Part shown: piece after piece, positions 54,086 to 64,000 of the stretch
How the letters are laid out: each line of letters starts with the position of its first letter
Numbering within the stretch: the stretch's first letter is position 1
Assembly (NCBI GenBank): GCA_036675275.1
Contig: JAKFFG010000027.1
Coordinates: forward strand, 4,113-68,112
DNA length: 64,000 bases
Source: Pseudomonas sp.
Lineage (GTDB): Bacteria; Pseudomonadota; Gammaproteobacteria; Burkholderiales; Burkholderiaceae_B
Direction: 5' to 3'
Position numbers and translations under genes: made by a program
The notes under the pieces: model-generated
The model's input: the letters and a program-made list of their open reading frames with translations, nothing else
Told to the model about the DNA's origin: nothing
Databases searched by the model: none

Positions 54086-54613
54086 ATGGCTGTTTCACCC
54101 TTCGATTACGAAGCGGCGCTTCTTGCATGCGCGCAAGGCGATCAAGATGCACTTCAAGATTTATACCAGCACGAGTCGCCCCGCATGCTGGCCTTGTGCC
54201 TCAAAATGCTCGCCCAACGCACTATCGCTGAAGACCTGATGCGCGACACCTTTGTATCGATCTGGAAACACGCGGGCAGCTACGATCCCCAACTGGGCGC
54301 GGCCCGCGCCTGGATATACAGCATCATGCGATACAGGGCGCTACACCGGCTACGGCAATCGCGCCCCGCCCAGTCACTGGACATGGGCTGGACAGACAAC
54401 CTCCCTGCGGCAGGCAGCACCCATAAACCGCCCTCCAATATCGTCCAAGCCATTGCCGCCCTTGACGAAGGGCAGCGGCGTCCCCTATTGATGGCCTTCT
54501 ATAATGGCTATACGTATGAACAAATTGCCGCGCGCCTCCAGGCGCCGGCTGTGCAGATCAAGGCATGTGTCCAGGCAGGCTTGAACCGCATCCGGGAGCA
54601 GCAGCCAGTATGA
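54086..54613 (+). CDS. ECF-type RNA polymerase sigma factor
   Basis: 175 aa with region 2 (DLMRDTFVSIWKHAGSYDP...ARAWIYSIMRYRA) and region 4 HTH (GYTYEQIAARLQAPAVQIKACV). Confidence 0.85.
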   Translation: MAVSPFDYEAALLACAQGDQDALQDLYQHESPRMLALCLKMLAQRTIAEDLMRDTFVSIWKHAGSYDPQLGAARAWIYSIMRYRALHRLRQSRPAQSLDMGWTDNLPAAGSTHKPPSNIVQAIAALDEGQRRPLLMAFYNGYTYEQIAARLQAPAVQIKACVQAGLNRIREQQPV

Positions 54614-55689
54614 GCAGCACACGAATTTTTGACCGCGAACTCCTGATTGCAGAATACACCCTGGGCCTCCTGAACTCGCACGAATCCTCACAAGCGCAAC
54701 AACTTCTGGGCGAAGACGCTCAAGCCGCGGCAGTTGCCTTGAAATGGGAAAACAATTTCCTGGATCTGGTCGATCTGTTGCCACCGGTCAACCCGGGTCC
54801 CCAGTCACTGCAGCGGCTGCAAGCCACCTTGGGGCATGCCCCCAAGCCTGCCGCAAAACCTATTTCCACGTTTTCCGCCGCTGAAACCGCGGCCCCGGCA
54901 GCCGCCGGCAGCCAAGCACCACGGCATGCCGCGGCACAAGCAGTGGGCAGCCTCAAGAACACAGAGCAAGAAACATTCACAGTGGCCGCTGCGCTGCGCA
55001 CCAGGGAAAAGTCGGCAGAACAACGGCGCGACGAAACGCTTGTCCCGGCGCCCGTAGCGGCAAACTCCAATACCGCAGCCACCACCAAATCCAGTACCAC
55101 CCCCACCATCAAACCCAATGCGAAGTCCGCGATAAAGACCGCGCCGGCAAAAAAAACAGGCCCCGAATCCGGACATGAAACAAAAAAGGGCAATATATGG
55201 ATCTGGCGCATAGCCAGCGCCGTGTTTGCCTCGATCGCCATCGTGCTTGGCCTGATGCCAAGCGAGCCAGCGGCACCGCCTATCACCGTGGTCGAAATCG
55301 CACCGACCATGGCAGCGATCATGCAAGCCCCCGGGCAAAGCTCGACCCCCGGATGGGTCGTCACCGTTGATCCACAAGGCAATGTCCTGATGAATCCGCT
55401 AGTACGCAGCGACATCCCGGCCGACGCATCGGTGCAACTCTGGACCTACAACAAAACCATGACGCAGCCGCGCTCGCTGGGGCTGATCGATGTAAACCAG
55501 CCGGTGACCGTACCAGCCACGCTCATGGGCCAGATAGGCCCGGATCAGATATTTGAAATGACGCAGGAGGCGGCTGGCGGCTCTCCGACCGCGAGCCCTA
55601 GCGGACCAATTTTGTTCATAGGCCGCATCGTTACCTTTGGCAGGACGGCCGTCAATCCGCCCGTCGACGCGCTGGCGCCAGACCAATAA
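54610..55689 (+). CDS. Membrane anti-sigma factor (RskA/anti-sigma-K-like)
   Basis: ATGA overlap with the sigma gene. It has an N-terminal anti-sigma helix region, a long Ala/Pro/Thr-rich linker, a single TM (IWIWRIASAVFASIAIVLGLM) and a C-terminal periplasmic domain. Confidence 0.75.
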   Translation: MSSTRIFDRELLIAEYTLGLLNSHESSQAQQLLGEDAQAAAVALKWENNFLDLVDLLPPVNPGPQSLQRLQATLGHAPKPAAKPISTFSAAETAAPAAAGSQAPRHAAAQAVGSLKNTEQETFTVAAALRTREKSAEQRRDETLVPAPVAANSNTAATTKSSTTPTIKPNAKSAIKTAPAKKTGPESGHETKKGNIWIWRIASAVFASIAIVLGLMPSEPAAPPITVVEIAPTMAAIMQAPGQSSTPGWVVTVDPQGNVLMNPLVRSDIPADASVQLWTYNKTMTQPRSLGLIDVNQPVTVPATLMGQIGPDQIFEMTQEAAGGSPTASPSGPILFIGRIVTFGRTAVNPPVDALAPDQ

Positions 55690-55720
55690 TGACGTCAGCC
55701 GTCCAGGAGCGTGGGCGCTC

Positions 55721-57106
55721 CTAGCAAACTACCACGTTCACAGCCAGGCCGCCGCGCGACGTCTCTTTGTATTTGCTGCGCATGTCCGCGCCGGTCTGGC
55801 GCATGGTTTCAATCACCGCATCCAGCGAAACGTGGTGTTTGCCATCGCCTTGCAAGGCAAGCCGTGATGCATTGATCGCCTTGACGGCGCCCATGGCGTT
55901 GCGCTCGATACAGGGAATCTGCACCAGCCCGCCTATGGGGTCGCAAGTAAGGCCCAGGTTATGTTCCATGCCGATTTCGGCGGCATTCTCGACTTGCTGC
56001 GGAGTGCCGCCCAGGACAGCCGTCAGTCCCGCGGCGGCCATTGAGCAAGCCACTCCGACTTCGCCCTGGCAACCGACCTCTGCGCCTGAAATGGAAGCAT
56101 TGGTCTTGTAGAGAAAACCGATGGCAGCCGCCGTAAGCAGAAAATCCACCACGCCGTCCGGGGTCGCCGCCGGCGTAAAGACTTGGTAATAGCGCAACAC
56201 GGACGGGAGCAGGCCAGCCGCGCCGTTCGTCGGCGCAGTAACAACACGTCCACTCGCCGCGTTCTCTTCGTTCACAGCCATGGCAAACAGATTCACCCAG
56301 TCCATCGCCGCCATGATGTCCTGCTTGCTGGAATCACGTTGCAGTTCGCGGTACAAAGCAGGCGCACGCCGGCGTACCCGCAGGCCGCCCGGAAGCAGTT
56401 CGTTGGCCTGGTCGTTGCCGATGCCGCATCCGCGTTCGATACAGGCATTCATGACCTCGGCGATATGCAGCACGCCCTGCCGGACCTTTTCTTCCGGAAG
56501 CATCGTGACCTCGTTGGCCATCATGATCTGTGCCATGGACTTTCCCGTTTCCTGACAGAGGTCGAGCAACTGCCTTCCGGTCGAGAAAGGATAAGGTATG
56601 GGGTCGTGCTGGGGGACGGTTTCGTCGGTATCGATGACATCCAGCGCACGAATGAAACCTCCGCCTATGGAGACATAACGCTCGGCAAGAATGGTTTGCC
56701 CCTGGTCGTCGAACGCGGTGAAGCGCATGCCATTGGGGTGTTCCGCCATAGGCCGTATGCGATAGCTGAAGGCTTTGTCGGGATCGAAACGGATGGTCCG
56801 GGCTCCCCATAGCCGCAGTTCCCGCGTGCTCTTTATTTGCTCGATGAGGCGGGCGATATTTGACGGGACGACGGTATCTGGCGATTCGCCGGACAGGCCC
56901 AGCATGATGCCCATATCGGTACCATGCCCGCGTCCTGTCTCGGCAAGCGACCCGTACAGGTCGACCGCCAGGGATGTGACCTGATCCAGCACCTGGCGTT
57001 CGTGAAGATTGCGAGCAAAATTGCGTGCCGCCCGCATCGGCCCTACGGTGTGCGAGCTGGACGGCCCGATGCCAACCTTGAAAATATCGAACACCGAAAG
57101 CGTCAT
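55721..57106 (-). CDS. sdaA: L-serine ammonia-lyase (Fe-S dependent L-serine dehydratase, single-chain)
   Basis: 461 aa; [24 protein letters not shown] is the hallmark N-terminus. Confidence 0.95.
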   Translation of the reverse strand: MTLSVFDIFKVGIGPSSSHTVGPMRAARNFARNLHERQVLDQVTSLAVDLYGSLAETGRGHGTDMGIMLGLSGESPDTVVPSNIARLIEQIKSTRELRLWGARTIRFDPDKAFSYRIRPMAEHPNGMRFTAFDDQGQTILAERYVSIGGGFIRALDVIDTDETVPQHDPIPYPFSTGRQLLDLCQETGKSMAQIMMANEVTMLPEEKVRQGVLHIAEVMNACIERGCGIGNDQANELLPGGLRVRRRAPALYRELQRDSSKQDIMAAMDWVNLFAMAVNEENAASGRVVTAPTNGAAGLLPSVLRYYQVFTPAATPDGVVDFLLTAAAIGFLYKTNASISGAEVGCQGEVGVACSMAAAGLTAVLGGTPQQVENAAEIGMEHNLGLTCDPIGGLVQIPCIERNAMGAVKAINASRLALQGDGKHHVSLDAVIETMRQTGADMRSKYKETSRGGLAVNVVVC

Positions 57107-57126
57107 GGCGGCAGCATCCCAGGATA

Positions 57127-57531
57127 TTAGTTATTGCCGACGCTGGCCGTTCCTTCAAGCGCGCTGGACAACATTTCTTTGACTGCAATCAGGTCGTTGC
57201 GCAAGCCCTGCAGCTCGGCTCCGGAAAGACGCACCGCGGCATCCTGGTCGTGGGGAACTTCGTGGGCGTCGCCCAGGCGATTACGCGCACCGCTGATGGT
57301 GAAACCTTGCTCGTAAAGCAAATCGCGTATGCGGCGAATGAGCAATACCTCGTGGTGCTGGTAATACCGGCGGTTGCCGCGCCGCTTGACCGGTTTGAGC
57401 TGGGTGAACTCCTGTTCCCAATAGCGCAACACGTGCGGCTTTACACAACACAGGTCGCTGACCTCGCCTATCGTGAAATACCGTTTGGCGGGAATCGGGG
57501 GCAAGGTGACAGGTTTTTCGCTAGAGCTCAT
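57127..57531 (-). CDS. MerR-family transcriptional regulator (conserved downstream of ihfA in betaproteobacteria)
   Basis: 134 aa; KRYFTIGEVSDLCCVKPHVLRYWEQEF is a MerR HTH. Confidence 0.85.
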   Translation of the reverse strand: MSSSEKPVTLPPIPAKRYFTIGEVSDLCCVKPHVLRYWEQEFTQLKPVKRRGNRRYYQHHEVLLIRRIRDLLYEQGFTISGARNRLGDAHEVPHDQDAAVRLSGAELQGLRNDLIAVKEMLSSALEGTASVGNN

Positions 57532-57616
57532 GGGCAGATTGTAGGCCGATTAATTGACAATACCAATTCGAAGAAGGGAATCCAACAATAGCAGCGCATG
57601 CGCTGTTCGTGCTGAA

Positions 57617-57940
57617 CTAGGTGTTTTCCGGGGCGGCGAACTTGCCGCTGCCTTCAACGGCGCCCTTCAACTTCTGGCTGGCGTGAAAAGTAACTACTCT
57701 GCGCGCGGCAATGGGGATGACTTCGCCGGTTTTGGGATTGCGTCCCGGACGTGGCGGTTTGTCGCGTACCTGGAAATTGCCGAAGCCGGACAATTTGACT
57801 TCGACGCCACGAGCAAGGGAATCGCGGATCTCTTCGAAGAATGTATCCACGATATCTTTGGCCTCGCGCTTGTTCAGTCCGACGCGGTCAAACAATAGCT
57901 CGGCAAGCTCGGCTTTGGTCAGGGTGTGGTCGATGGTCAT
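57617..57940 (-). CDS. ihfA: Integration host factor subunit alpha
   Basis: 107 aa: [32 protein letters not shown] ... [22 protein letters not shown]. Confidence 0.95.
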   Translation of the reverse strand: MTIDHTLTKAELAELLFDRVGLNKREAKDIVDTFFEEIRDSLARGVEVKLSGFGNFQVRDKPPRPGRNPKTGEVIPIAARRVVTFHASQKLKGAVEGSGKFAAPENT

Positions 57941-57955
57941 GACTTCGTTACTCCT

Positions 57956-60364
57956 TTAAGCGCGCTGACGCACGCCATGCTCGCTGACTAGCGCCTGCAA
58001 CAGGCTGCTGATGCACCGTTCGACCGTGCCATCGTCCAGCGTGGCGTCATGGCCCTGCAGCCAGAAACGAAATGCCATGCTTTTTTCCCCGGTGGGCGCC
58101 GATTTGTCGCGCCATACATCGAACAGCTTGATATCTTTAACTATTTCAAGGATAGCATTGGACGCTATGGTTTGGGTAAGCGTGTTCAACAAATCCTGAT
58201 ACGATGCGTCGGCCCTCGCCCATACGGCCAGATCGCGTACTACAACCGGCTGGCGGGACAGTTCGGTGGGCGCCGGCATGACATTGACCGAAATGGCCGC
58301 AACGTCGATTTCGAAGACGACTGGAGCATGCGCCAGGTCGCTTTGCTGCGCCCAGCGCGGATGGATCTCGCCTATCCAGCCCACTGCCGCGCCAGCCAGT
58401 TCCAGCCTGGCCGAACGGCCGGGGTGCAATGCAGGATAGCTGGCCGGCACACACACCAGTGCGCCGGCCTGGGCTCCCAACAGGGTTTCAAGGTCTTTCT
58501 TGATATCGTAGAAATCAACCTGGCGTGTGGGCGATCCCCATTGCTCGTCCAGGGCGGGTCCCCATGCTGCGCCGGACAGATATTGCGGCTGACGCACCCC
58601 GGCGACAGTCAGGTCGCCGTCGGTCTCGTCGGGGTCGCGCAGGAATACCCGCCCCAATTCGAAAACACGCACACGGCTCTGCTTGCGGTTGGCATTGTGC
58701 ACAATATTGGCCAGCAGGCCGCCGATCAGACTCGAGCGCATGACGGCCAACTGGCTGGCTATAGGATTAAGCAAGCGGATGGGGCTGTCGTTGCCGGCAT
58801 AATCGCGTTCCCATGCCTCTTCCACGAAGGCGAAATTAATGACCTCCTGGTAGTCGAGACACGCCATGCGCTCGCGCAGGGCGTGCGGTCCGCGAATCGC
58901 CTCGGGAACGGCAAGCATTTTTGCCTGGGCCACGGGAGGCACGTCGGGCATGCGTTCGAAGCCGTAAATGCGCGCGACCTCTTCGATGAGGTCTTCTTCG
59001 ATGAACAGATCGAACCGGTACGATGGCGGCTTCACGACGAAGACACCGCCTTGTACCTGGAAGGACAAGCCCAGGCGCGTGAAAATCTGCTCGACTTCCT
59101 CCTGCGGCACCGGCACGCCCAAAACGCGATGACAACGCTCCAGGCGCATTTTCACCGGTTCGCGTGCCGGCAACTTGATCACCTGGTCATCGAGCGGTCC
59201 GACTTCGCCGCCGCAGATGTCCACGAGCAGGCGGGTCATGAATTCCAGATGTTCGGTCACCGACTCAAAATCCACACCTCGTTCAAAGCGATGGCTTGCT
59301 TCGGAGCTGAACTTGTAGCGCCGTGCACGGCCCATGATGGCCTCGGGCCACCAGAACGCCCCTTCAAGGTAGATATCCGTGGTATCGAGCGTTACGGCAG
59401 TCGCTTCGCCGCCCATGATGCCGGCAAGGCTTTCCACAACACTGCCCGCCGCGATGATGCCCACGCTTTCGTCGAGTTCGACAGTCTGGCCGTTCAGCAA
59501 TTCAAGTGTTTCGCCCTGCTTGCCCCATCGTACCGACAAGCCGCCCTGTATGCGTTTCAAATCGAACACATGCGTAGGGCGCCCCAGTTCAAGCATGACG
59601 TAGTTGGAAATGTCGACGAGTGCTGAAACAGACCGCTGGCCTGCTCGTTCCAGGCGGGTCTTCATCCATGACGGCGTCTGCGCCCTGGCGTTCACACCAC
59701 GTATTACTCGCCCCGCAAAGCGCCCGCAAAGATCAGGGGCCTCGACGGTGACAGGAAGACGGTCATTCAGTGTGACGGCAACCGGCTCGAAGGAAGGCAA
59801 AGTAAGCGCTGCGCCTGTAAGGGCCGACACCTCGCGCGCAACACCGAGAATAGACAGGCAATCCGCACGATTCGGCGTAAGCTTGAGCGTGAAAAGCGCA
59901 TCGTCCAGATCAAGTGCTTCGCGCAGTGATAGCCCGACAGGCGCATCGGCGTCCAATTCGAGCAAACCGGCATGATCCTGAGACAGCCCGAGTTCGCGAG
60001 CCGAGCACAACATCCCGGCCGACACTATGCCGCGCATTTTGGCCGTACCGATTTCCATGCCGCCCGGCAACTGAGCACCGACTCGGGCCAGGGGCACCTT
60101 CATGCCAGCCGCCGCGTTGGGTGCCCCGCACACAATCTGCAGGAGCGTGCCCGTGCCGTCGTCCACCTGGCAAACTTTCAGCTTGTCGGCATTAGGATGC
60201 GGCACCGCGTCGACAATATGCGCCACGACAATGCCGCTGAACGGCGGTGCTGCCGTTGTCGTTTCCTCTACCTCGAGGCCCGCCATGGTCAATTGGTGCG
60301 ACAAGGCATCCGTATCGAGGTCGGGATTGACGAAAGCACGCAGCCAGGATTCAGGGAATTGCAT
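57956..60364 (-). CDS. pheT: Phenylalanine--tRNA ligase beta subunit
   Basis: 802 aa; MQFPESWLRAFVNP is the typical PheT start. It has tRNA-binding, B3/4, B5 and FDX-ACB domain order. Confidence 0.95.
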   Translation of the reverse strand: MQFPESWLRAFVNPDLDTDALSHQLTMAGLEVEETTTAAPPFSGIVVAHIVDAVPHPNADKLKVCQVDDGTGTLLQIVCGAPNAAAGMKVPLARVGAQLPGGMEIGTAKMRGIVSAGMLCSARELGLSQDHAGLLELDADAPVGLSLREALDLDDALFTLKLTPNRADCLSILGVAREVSALTGAALTLPSFEPVAVTLNDRLPVTVEAPDLCGRFAGRVIRGVNARAQTPSWMKTRLERAGQRSVSALVDISNYVMLELGRPTHVFDLKRIQGGLSVRWGKQGETLELLNGQTVELDESVGIIAAGSVVESLAGIMGGEATAVTLDTTDIYLEGAFWWPEAIMGRARRYKFSSEASHRFERGVDFESVTEHLEFMTRLLVDICGGEVGPLDDQVIKLPAREPVKMRLERCHRVLGVPVPQEEVEQIFTRLGLSFQVQGGVFVVKPPSYRFDLFIEEDLIEEVARIYGFERMPDVPPVAQAKMLAVPEAIRGPHALRERMACLDYQEVINFAFVEEAWERDYAGNDSPIRLLNPIASQLAVMRSSLIGGLLANIVHNANRKQSRVRVFELGRVFLRDPDETDGDLTVAGVRQPQYLSGAAWGPALDEQWGSPTRQVDFYDIKKDLETLLGAQAGALVCVPASYPALHPGRSARLELAGAAVGWIGEIHPRWAQQSDLAHAPVVFEIDVAAISVNVMPAPTELSRQPVVVRDLAVWARADASYQDLLNTLTQTIASNAILEIVKDIKLFDVWRDKSAPTGEKSMAFRFWLQGHDATLDDGTVERCISSLLQALVSEHGVRQRA

Positions 60365-60485
60365 AGGATACTCGTTGGATTCGTTTAACTACTGCAAGGA
60401 CTTGATCGCAGGAATTGAAGAGAGCGTTTACTACAATTGTAGTTAGCGGCCACTACAACTTCAGCGTAAAAAAATACGTGTTCGG

Positions 60486-61508
60486 CTAGCGGTTGAACTG
60501 GCGCAAAAAGCGCAGGTCGCCCTCAAAGAACTGGCGCAAGTCATTGACCCCATAACGCAGCATCGTAAGACGCTCGAGTCCCGACCCAAAGGCGAAGCCA
60601 ATATAGCGTTCGGGATCAAGCCCGAAGTTGCGGATCACCTCGGGATGCACCTGGCCTGAGCCGGAAATTTCAAGCCACTTGCCTTGATTCGGGCCTGAAC
60701 CAAACATCATGTCGATTTCGGCGGAGGGCTCTGTAAACGGGAAGAACGACGGACGAAAACGCACCGACAACTCGTCGGTCTCGAAGAACGCCCGCAGAAA
60801 ATCGGTATAGACGCCCTTCAGGTCGGCGAAGGAGATGTCTTCGGCGATCCACAGGCCTTCTACCTGATGGAACATCGGGGAATGCGTGGCGTCGCTGTCG
60901 ACCCGATAGGTGCGCCCGGGCGCAATGACTTTGATGGGCGGCTTGTTCATGCGGGCGTAGCGCACCTGCATAGGACTGGTGTGCGTTCGCAACAGCAAAG
61001 GCAAGCCTTGCGAGTCCTGCATATCGACGTAAAACGTATCCTGCATGGAACGTGCAGGATGATTTTCGGGATTGTTCAACGCAGTGAAGTTGGTCCAGTC
61101 GTTTTCGATCTCGGGGCCGTCGGCCACGTCAAAACCGATGGAGCGGAAAATGGCTTCCACGCGCTGCCATGTCTGGATGACTGGATGTATGCCGCCGAAT
61201 CCCCTGCCCCGGCCCGGCAGACTGACATCTATCGTCTCCGATGCCAGCCGCTTGTCGAGCTCGGCCTGGGCCATTTCGGCGCGGCGAGCATTAAGCAAGC
61301 CTTCAATGTGCTGCTTCAGTTGATTGATGCGCGCGCCCTCGGCCTTTTTCTGCTGGGGATCAAGCAGGGCCAGTCCCTTCAGCATCGTGGTAAGGGCGCC
61401 CTGCTTACCCAGGAACCTGGCTTTGGCGTTTTCCAGGGCAGCCGCATCGGCGGCCTGGGCAAACTGTTCTTCAGCCTGAACAATCAGGTCATCAACCGGA
61501 GTAATCAT
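60486..61508 (-). CDS. pheS: Phenylalanine--tRNA ligase alpha subunit
   Basis: The ATG at 61508 gives 340 aa. [11 protein letters not shown] and class II motif 3 [17 protein letters not shown] are present. The ORF-track N-terminal extension overlaps rplT. Confidence 0.95.
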   Translation of the reverse strand: MITPVDDLIVQAEEQFAQAADAAALENAKARFLGKQGALTTMLKGLALLDPQQKKAEGARINQLKQHIEGLLNARRAEMAQAELDKRLASETIDVSLPGRGRGFGGIHPVIQTWQRVEAIFRSIGFDVADGPEIENDWTNFTALNNPENHPARSMQDTFYVDMQDSQGLPLLLRTHTSPMQVRYARMNKPPIKVIAPGRTYRVDSDATHSPMFHQVEGLWIAEDISFADLKGVYTDFLRAFFETDELSVRFRPSFFPFTEPSAEIDMMFGSGPNQGKWLEISGSGQVHPEVIRNFGLDPERYIGFAFGSGLERLTMLRYGVNDLRQFFEGDLRFLRQFNR

Positions 61509-61528
61509 ATTGTCGCTTTTCCAAATAC

Positions 61529-61554
61529 AAACGGAGCCCAATTGAGCCCCGTTT
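61529..61554 (-). terminator. Stem-loop between rplT and pheS (partial terminator/attenuator-like)
   Basis: The minus strand reads AAACGGGGCTC-aattg-GGCTCCGTTT followed by GTATTTGG. There is no room for a leader peptide in the 70-nt gap. Confidence 0.4.
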
Positions 61555-61578
61555 GCAGCAATACAGAATCGAAATCGA

Positions 61579-61938
61579 TTAGGCAGCCAAGGCAGCTTGT
61601 GCTTGAGCAACCACGGCCGCAAAGCCGGCTTTATCGTGCACGGCCATGTCGGCCAGTACCTTGCGGTCCAGCTCGATCGAGGCTTTCTTCGTGCCGGCGA
61701 TGAACACGCTGTACGAAACGCCGAGTTCACGGCAGGCGGCATTGATACGCGTGATCCAGAGTGCGCGGAATGTGCGTTTCTTGTTGCGACGATCGCGATA
61801 GGCATATTGCCCAGCTTTCATTACCGCCTGTTTGGCGATACGGAATACATTACCGCGGCGACCGCGATAACCTTTAGCTGCTTTAATAACTTTTTTGTGA
61901 CGAGCACGGGCAGTTACGCCGCGTTTTACGCGTGGCAT
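61579..61938 (-). CDS. rplT: 50S ribosomal protein L20
   Basis: 119 aa: [17 protein letters not shown]... Confidence 0.97.
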   Translation of the reverse strand: MPRVKRGVTARARHKKVIKAAKGYRGRRGNVFRIAKQAVMKAGQYAYRDRRNKKRTFRALWITRINAACRELGVSYSVFIAGTKKASIELDRKVLADMAVHDKAGFAAVVAQAQAALAA

Positions 61939-61957
61939 GGTATGAGATCTCCGTTAA

Positions 61958-62155
61958 TCAAGCGAAAGGCAACATTGCCTTGACCGAGGCGACATCCGAC
62001 TTGTGCACCGCGGTTGAGCCGCGCAGTTGGCGCTTGCTCTTGGTTGTTTTCTTGGTGAGGATGTGGCGCTTGAACGCCTGGCCCCGCTTGATCGACCCGC
62101 TACCACGAACCTTAAAGCGCTTGGCAGCGCCTTTCTTGGTTTTCATCTTAGGCAT
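61958..62155 (-). CDS. rpmI: 50S ribosomal protein L35
   Basis: The ATG at 62155 gives 65 aa: [24 protein letters not shown]... Confidence 0.95.
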   Translation of the reverse strand: MPKMKTKKGAAKRFKVRGSGSIKRGQAFKRHILTKKTTKSKRQLRGSTAVHKSDVASVKAMLPFA

Positions 62156-62275
62156 GATGTAACTCTGTTGTTTATGAAAGTAGGTGATTGCCAAACTACA
62201 TGACAATGCTTGCATGACCCAGCTATCACTTATTAGGATGTTCCGGTTTTTCCAAAACATCTGGAAAAGCCCTTG

Positions 62276-62305
62276 ATTATACGACGCTTGTTGCGCCGCT
62301 GTCTA
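62276..62305 (-). promoter_or_regulatory. Candidate sigma70 promoter for rpmI-rplT
   Basis: The minus strand reads TAGACA (62305-62300), an 18-nt spacer, then a perfect TATAAT (62281-62276). It lies about 120 nt upstream of the rpmI ATG, immediately after the comM stop. Confidence 0.5.
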
Positions 62306-62315
62306 TTCCACCTGG

Positions 62316-63830
62316 CTAAGAGCCCCAAGGCTGTCGATACTGTATGGCTTCCGCAACATGCGCGGAGCCGATGAGGTCTTCTTCGGCAAGATCGGCCAGA
62401 GTGCGGGAGACACGAAGGATGCGATGCACGACTCGCGCCGACCAGCTCCAGCGCGCCATGCCCTGCTGCAGCAGGGATTTGGCAGCGGCATCCAGCACGC
62501 AATACTGTTCGATTTCGCTAACCTGCAAGGCCGCATTGACGCGTTCCTGGCGACTTGCCTGCCGCTGCCGGCAACGCGCAACCCTTATGCGCACGGATTC
62601 GGAGTCTTCACCACGCGGAGCATTGATCCAGTCCGCGTCCGCGGCGGGTAACGCTATTTGGAGATCCACCCGGTCAAGCAGCGGCCCGGACAGCTTGCTG
62701 CGATACTTCTGGATATGATCCGGGCTGCAGCTGCATTGTACTTTCTTGTGGCCCAGCCAGCCGCAAGGGCATGGATTCATGGCCGCCACCAATTGGAATG
62801 CCGCCGGATAAGTGAGTGTTCCGGAAGACCGGGCGATGGATACCGAGCCGGTTTCCATGGGCTCGCGCAGCGACTCCAGCGCGCGGCGATCAAATTCGGG
62901 CAGCTCGTCCAGGAAGAGCACGCCGCGATGCGCGAGGCTGATTTCGCCGGGACGAGGACGTACACCGCCGCCTACCAGGGCCGGGGCGGAAGCCGAGTGA
63001 TGAGGAGCCCGGAACGGAGGCAGATCGCTGAACCCCAAGTCCCGCCCGCAAATACTGGCTATTGCGGCGACTTCCAATGCATGATGGTGAGGCAGACGCG
63101 GAAGCAAGCCCGGGAGCCGGTGCGCCAGCATGCTTTTACCCGTTCCCGGCGGCCCTGCCATCAGCAGGCTATGGCCACCCGCCGCCGCCACTTCAAGCGC
63201 CCGGCGGGCCAGTGTCTGGCCGCGGACTTCGGACAGGCACCGCACGGGTGCCTTGGACGGTGCCGTCTGCACAGGCTGGGCGGAGGGCAAAGACGCCCTT
63301 CCTGCGAAATGCTCGACCACTTCGCACAGGGTCGCAGCGCTCAGCACGCCCAGCCCGGGCACCCTGGCTGCAACCCGGGCACAATCGGGCGGCATCACCA
63401 GTTTGGCATCGGGCTCGCAACGCGCGACTGCCAGGGCAATTGCAAGCGGCGCACCGACCGAAACAATGGCGCCGGTCAGGGAAAGTTCTCCGGCGAACAC
63501 ATAGTGCCGCAAGTCCGGCAAACCGGCGCCGTCGTCAGGCTGCACCTGCCCAGACGCCAACAATACCCCCAGCGCGATCGGCAAATCGAAGCGGCCCGAT
63601 TCTTTGGGCAGATCGGCCGGCGCCAAGTTCGCCGTAATCCGGCCTGCAGGGAAGTCAAAGCCGCTGCTGATGATCGCCGACCGGACACGTTCGCGGCTTT
63701 CCCGAACACCGGTGTCGGGCAGACCCACCACGTGGAAAGCCGGCAATCCGGGTCCCACATGCACTTCGACCCGCACAGGAAAGCCATCCAGGCCGCATAA
63801 CGCCCGGCTGGCCAGGATGGCCAACGACAT
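62316..63830 (-). CDS. comM: YifB/ComM-family Mg-chelatase-like AAA+ ATPase
   Basis: 504 aa with a Lon-protease-like N-domain, Walker A GPPGTGKSM and Walker B LFLDELPEF. Confidence 0.9.
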   Translation of the reverse strand: MSLAILASRALCGLDGFPVRVEVHVGPGLPAFHVVGLPDTGVRESRERVRSAIISSGFDFPAGRITANLAPADLPKESGRFDLPIALGVLLASGQVQPDDGAGLPDLRHYVFAGELSLTGAIVSVGAPLAIALAVARCEPDAKLVMPPDCARVAARVPGLGVLSAATLCEVVEHFAGRASLPSAQPVQTAPSKAPVRCLSEVRGQTLARRALEVAAAGGHSLLMAGPPGTGKSMLAHRLPGLLPRLPHHHALEVAAIASICGRDLGFSDLPPFRAPHHSASAPALVGGGVRPRPGEISLAHRGVLFLDELPEFDRRALESLREPMETGSVSIARSSGTLTYPAAFQLVAAMNPCPCGWLGHKKVQCSCSPDHIQKYRSKLSGPLLDRVDLQIALPAADADWINAPRGEDSESVRIRVARCRQRQASRQERVNAALQVSEIEQYCVLDAAAKSLLQQGMARWSWSARVVHRILRVSRTLADLAEEDLIGSAHVAEAIQYRQPWGS

Positions 63831-64000
63831 TTCACCTCCACCTCTTTAATAGAGGAACGATGCACGAAAGCGAAGTATGCAGCGTTGGCCGACGCTGAAA
63901 TCGCCCGGAGCGGCTAATTATCCATGCGAAAACTACGGCAGATTATGATGCGGGCTCCTGCTCCGGCAGCGATACGCGGCAACCGTTCTCCTGCAATCTG

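Noticed and set aside
62246-62266. The hairpin TTTTCCA-N7-TGGAAAA was first read as the comM terminator.
   Set aside because: The stem is A/U-rich and weak, with no U-tract. It lies downstream of the predicted rpmI promoter, so it more likely belongs to the rpmI 5' UTR. I left it unassigned rather than calling a terminator.
63943-64000. Possible 3' end of a minus-strand ORF (…RLQENGCRVSLPEQEPAS, stop at 63943-63945) at the window edge.
   Set aside because: Only 18 codons are visible, which is too short to recognise or support.

Overview
High-GC betaproteobacterial chromosome segment, probably Burkholderiales/Alcaligenaceae-like (two Bug/TctC solute receptors, several LysR-controlled catabolic modules, an rpmI-rplT-pheST-ihfA-merR block). 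Coding density is high and I saw no IS elements, integrases, prophage genes or CRISPR arrays. Left to right: an RND efflux operon with a divergent LysR gene; ugd; a minus-strand three-gene operon (DUF336/GlcG-like, YihY/BrkB, ATM1-type ABC exporter fused to a kinase-like ATPase domain and a receiver); MFS; LysR-dmlA-Bug; a decayed inverted copy of tRNA-Pro; an 8 kb housekeeping block (pbpG, NRDE, esterase, yqeY, OYE reductase, ktrAB); an intact tRNA-Pro(GGG). Directly 3' of that tRNA lie a GNAT gene, pgaABCD (PNAG) and a collinear curli locus (csgE-F-G, one curlin, a CsgC/H-like gene, a CsgD-like regulator). Then come osmC; a complete SUF operon (rrf2-sufBCDSUT) preceded by a coupled acyltransferase plus a second ATM1-type exporter; an MHYT-GGDEF-EAL protein; LysR-AtuA/DUF1446-DUF4387-Bug; an ECF sigma/anti-sigma pair; sdaA; the pheST block; comM. 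The most interesting items are the ABC::HK-like::REC fusion and its operon, the unusual curli locus beside pga, the inverted tRNA-Pro/pseudo-tRNA repeat pair, and a perfect 15-3-15 palindrome over a near-consensus promoter in front of the SUF regulator. All calls come from reading the translations and sequence by eye; no database searches were run.
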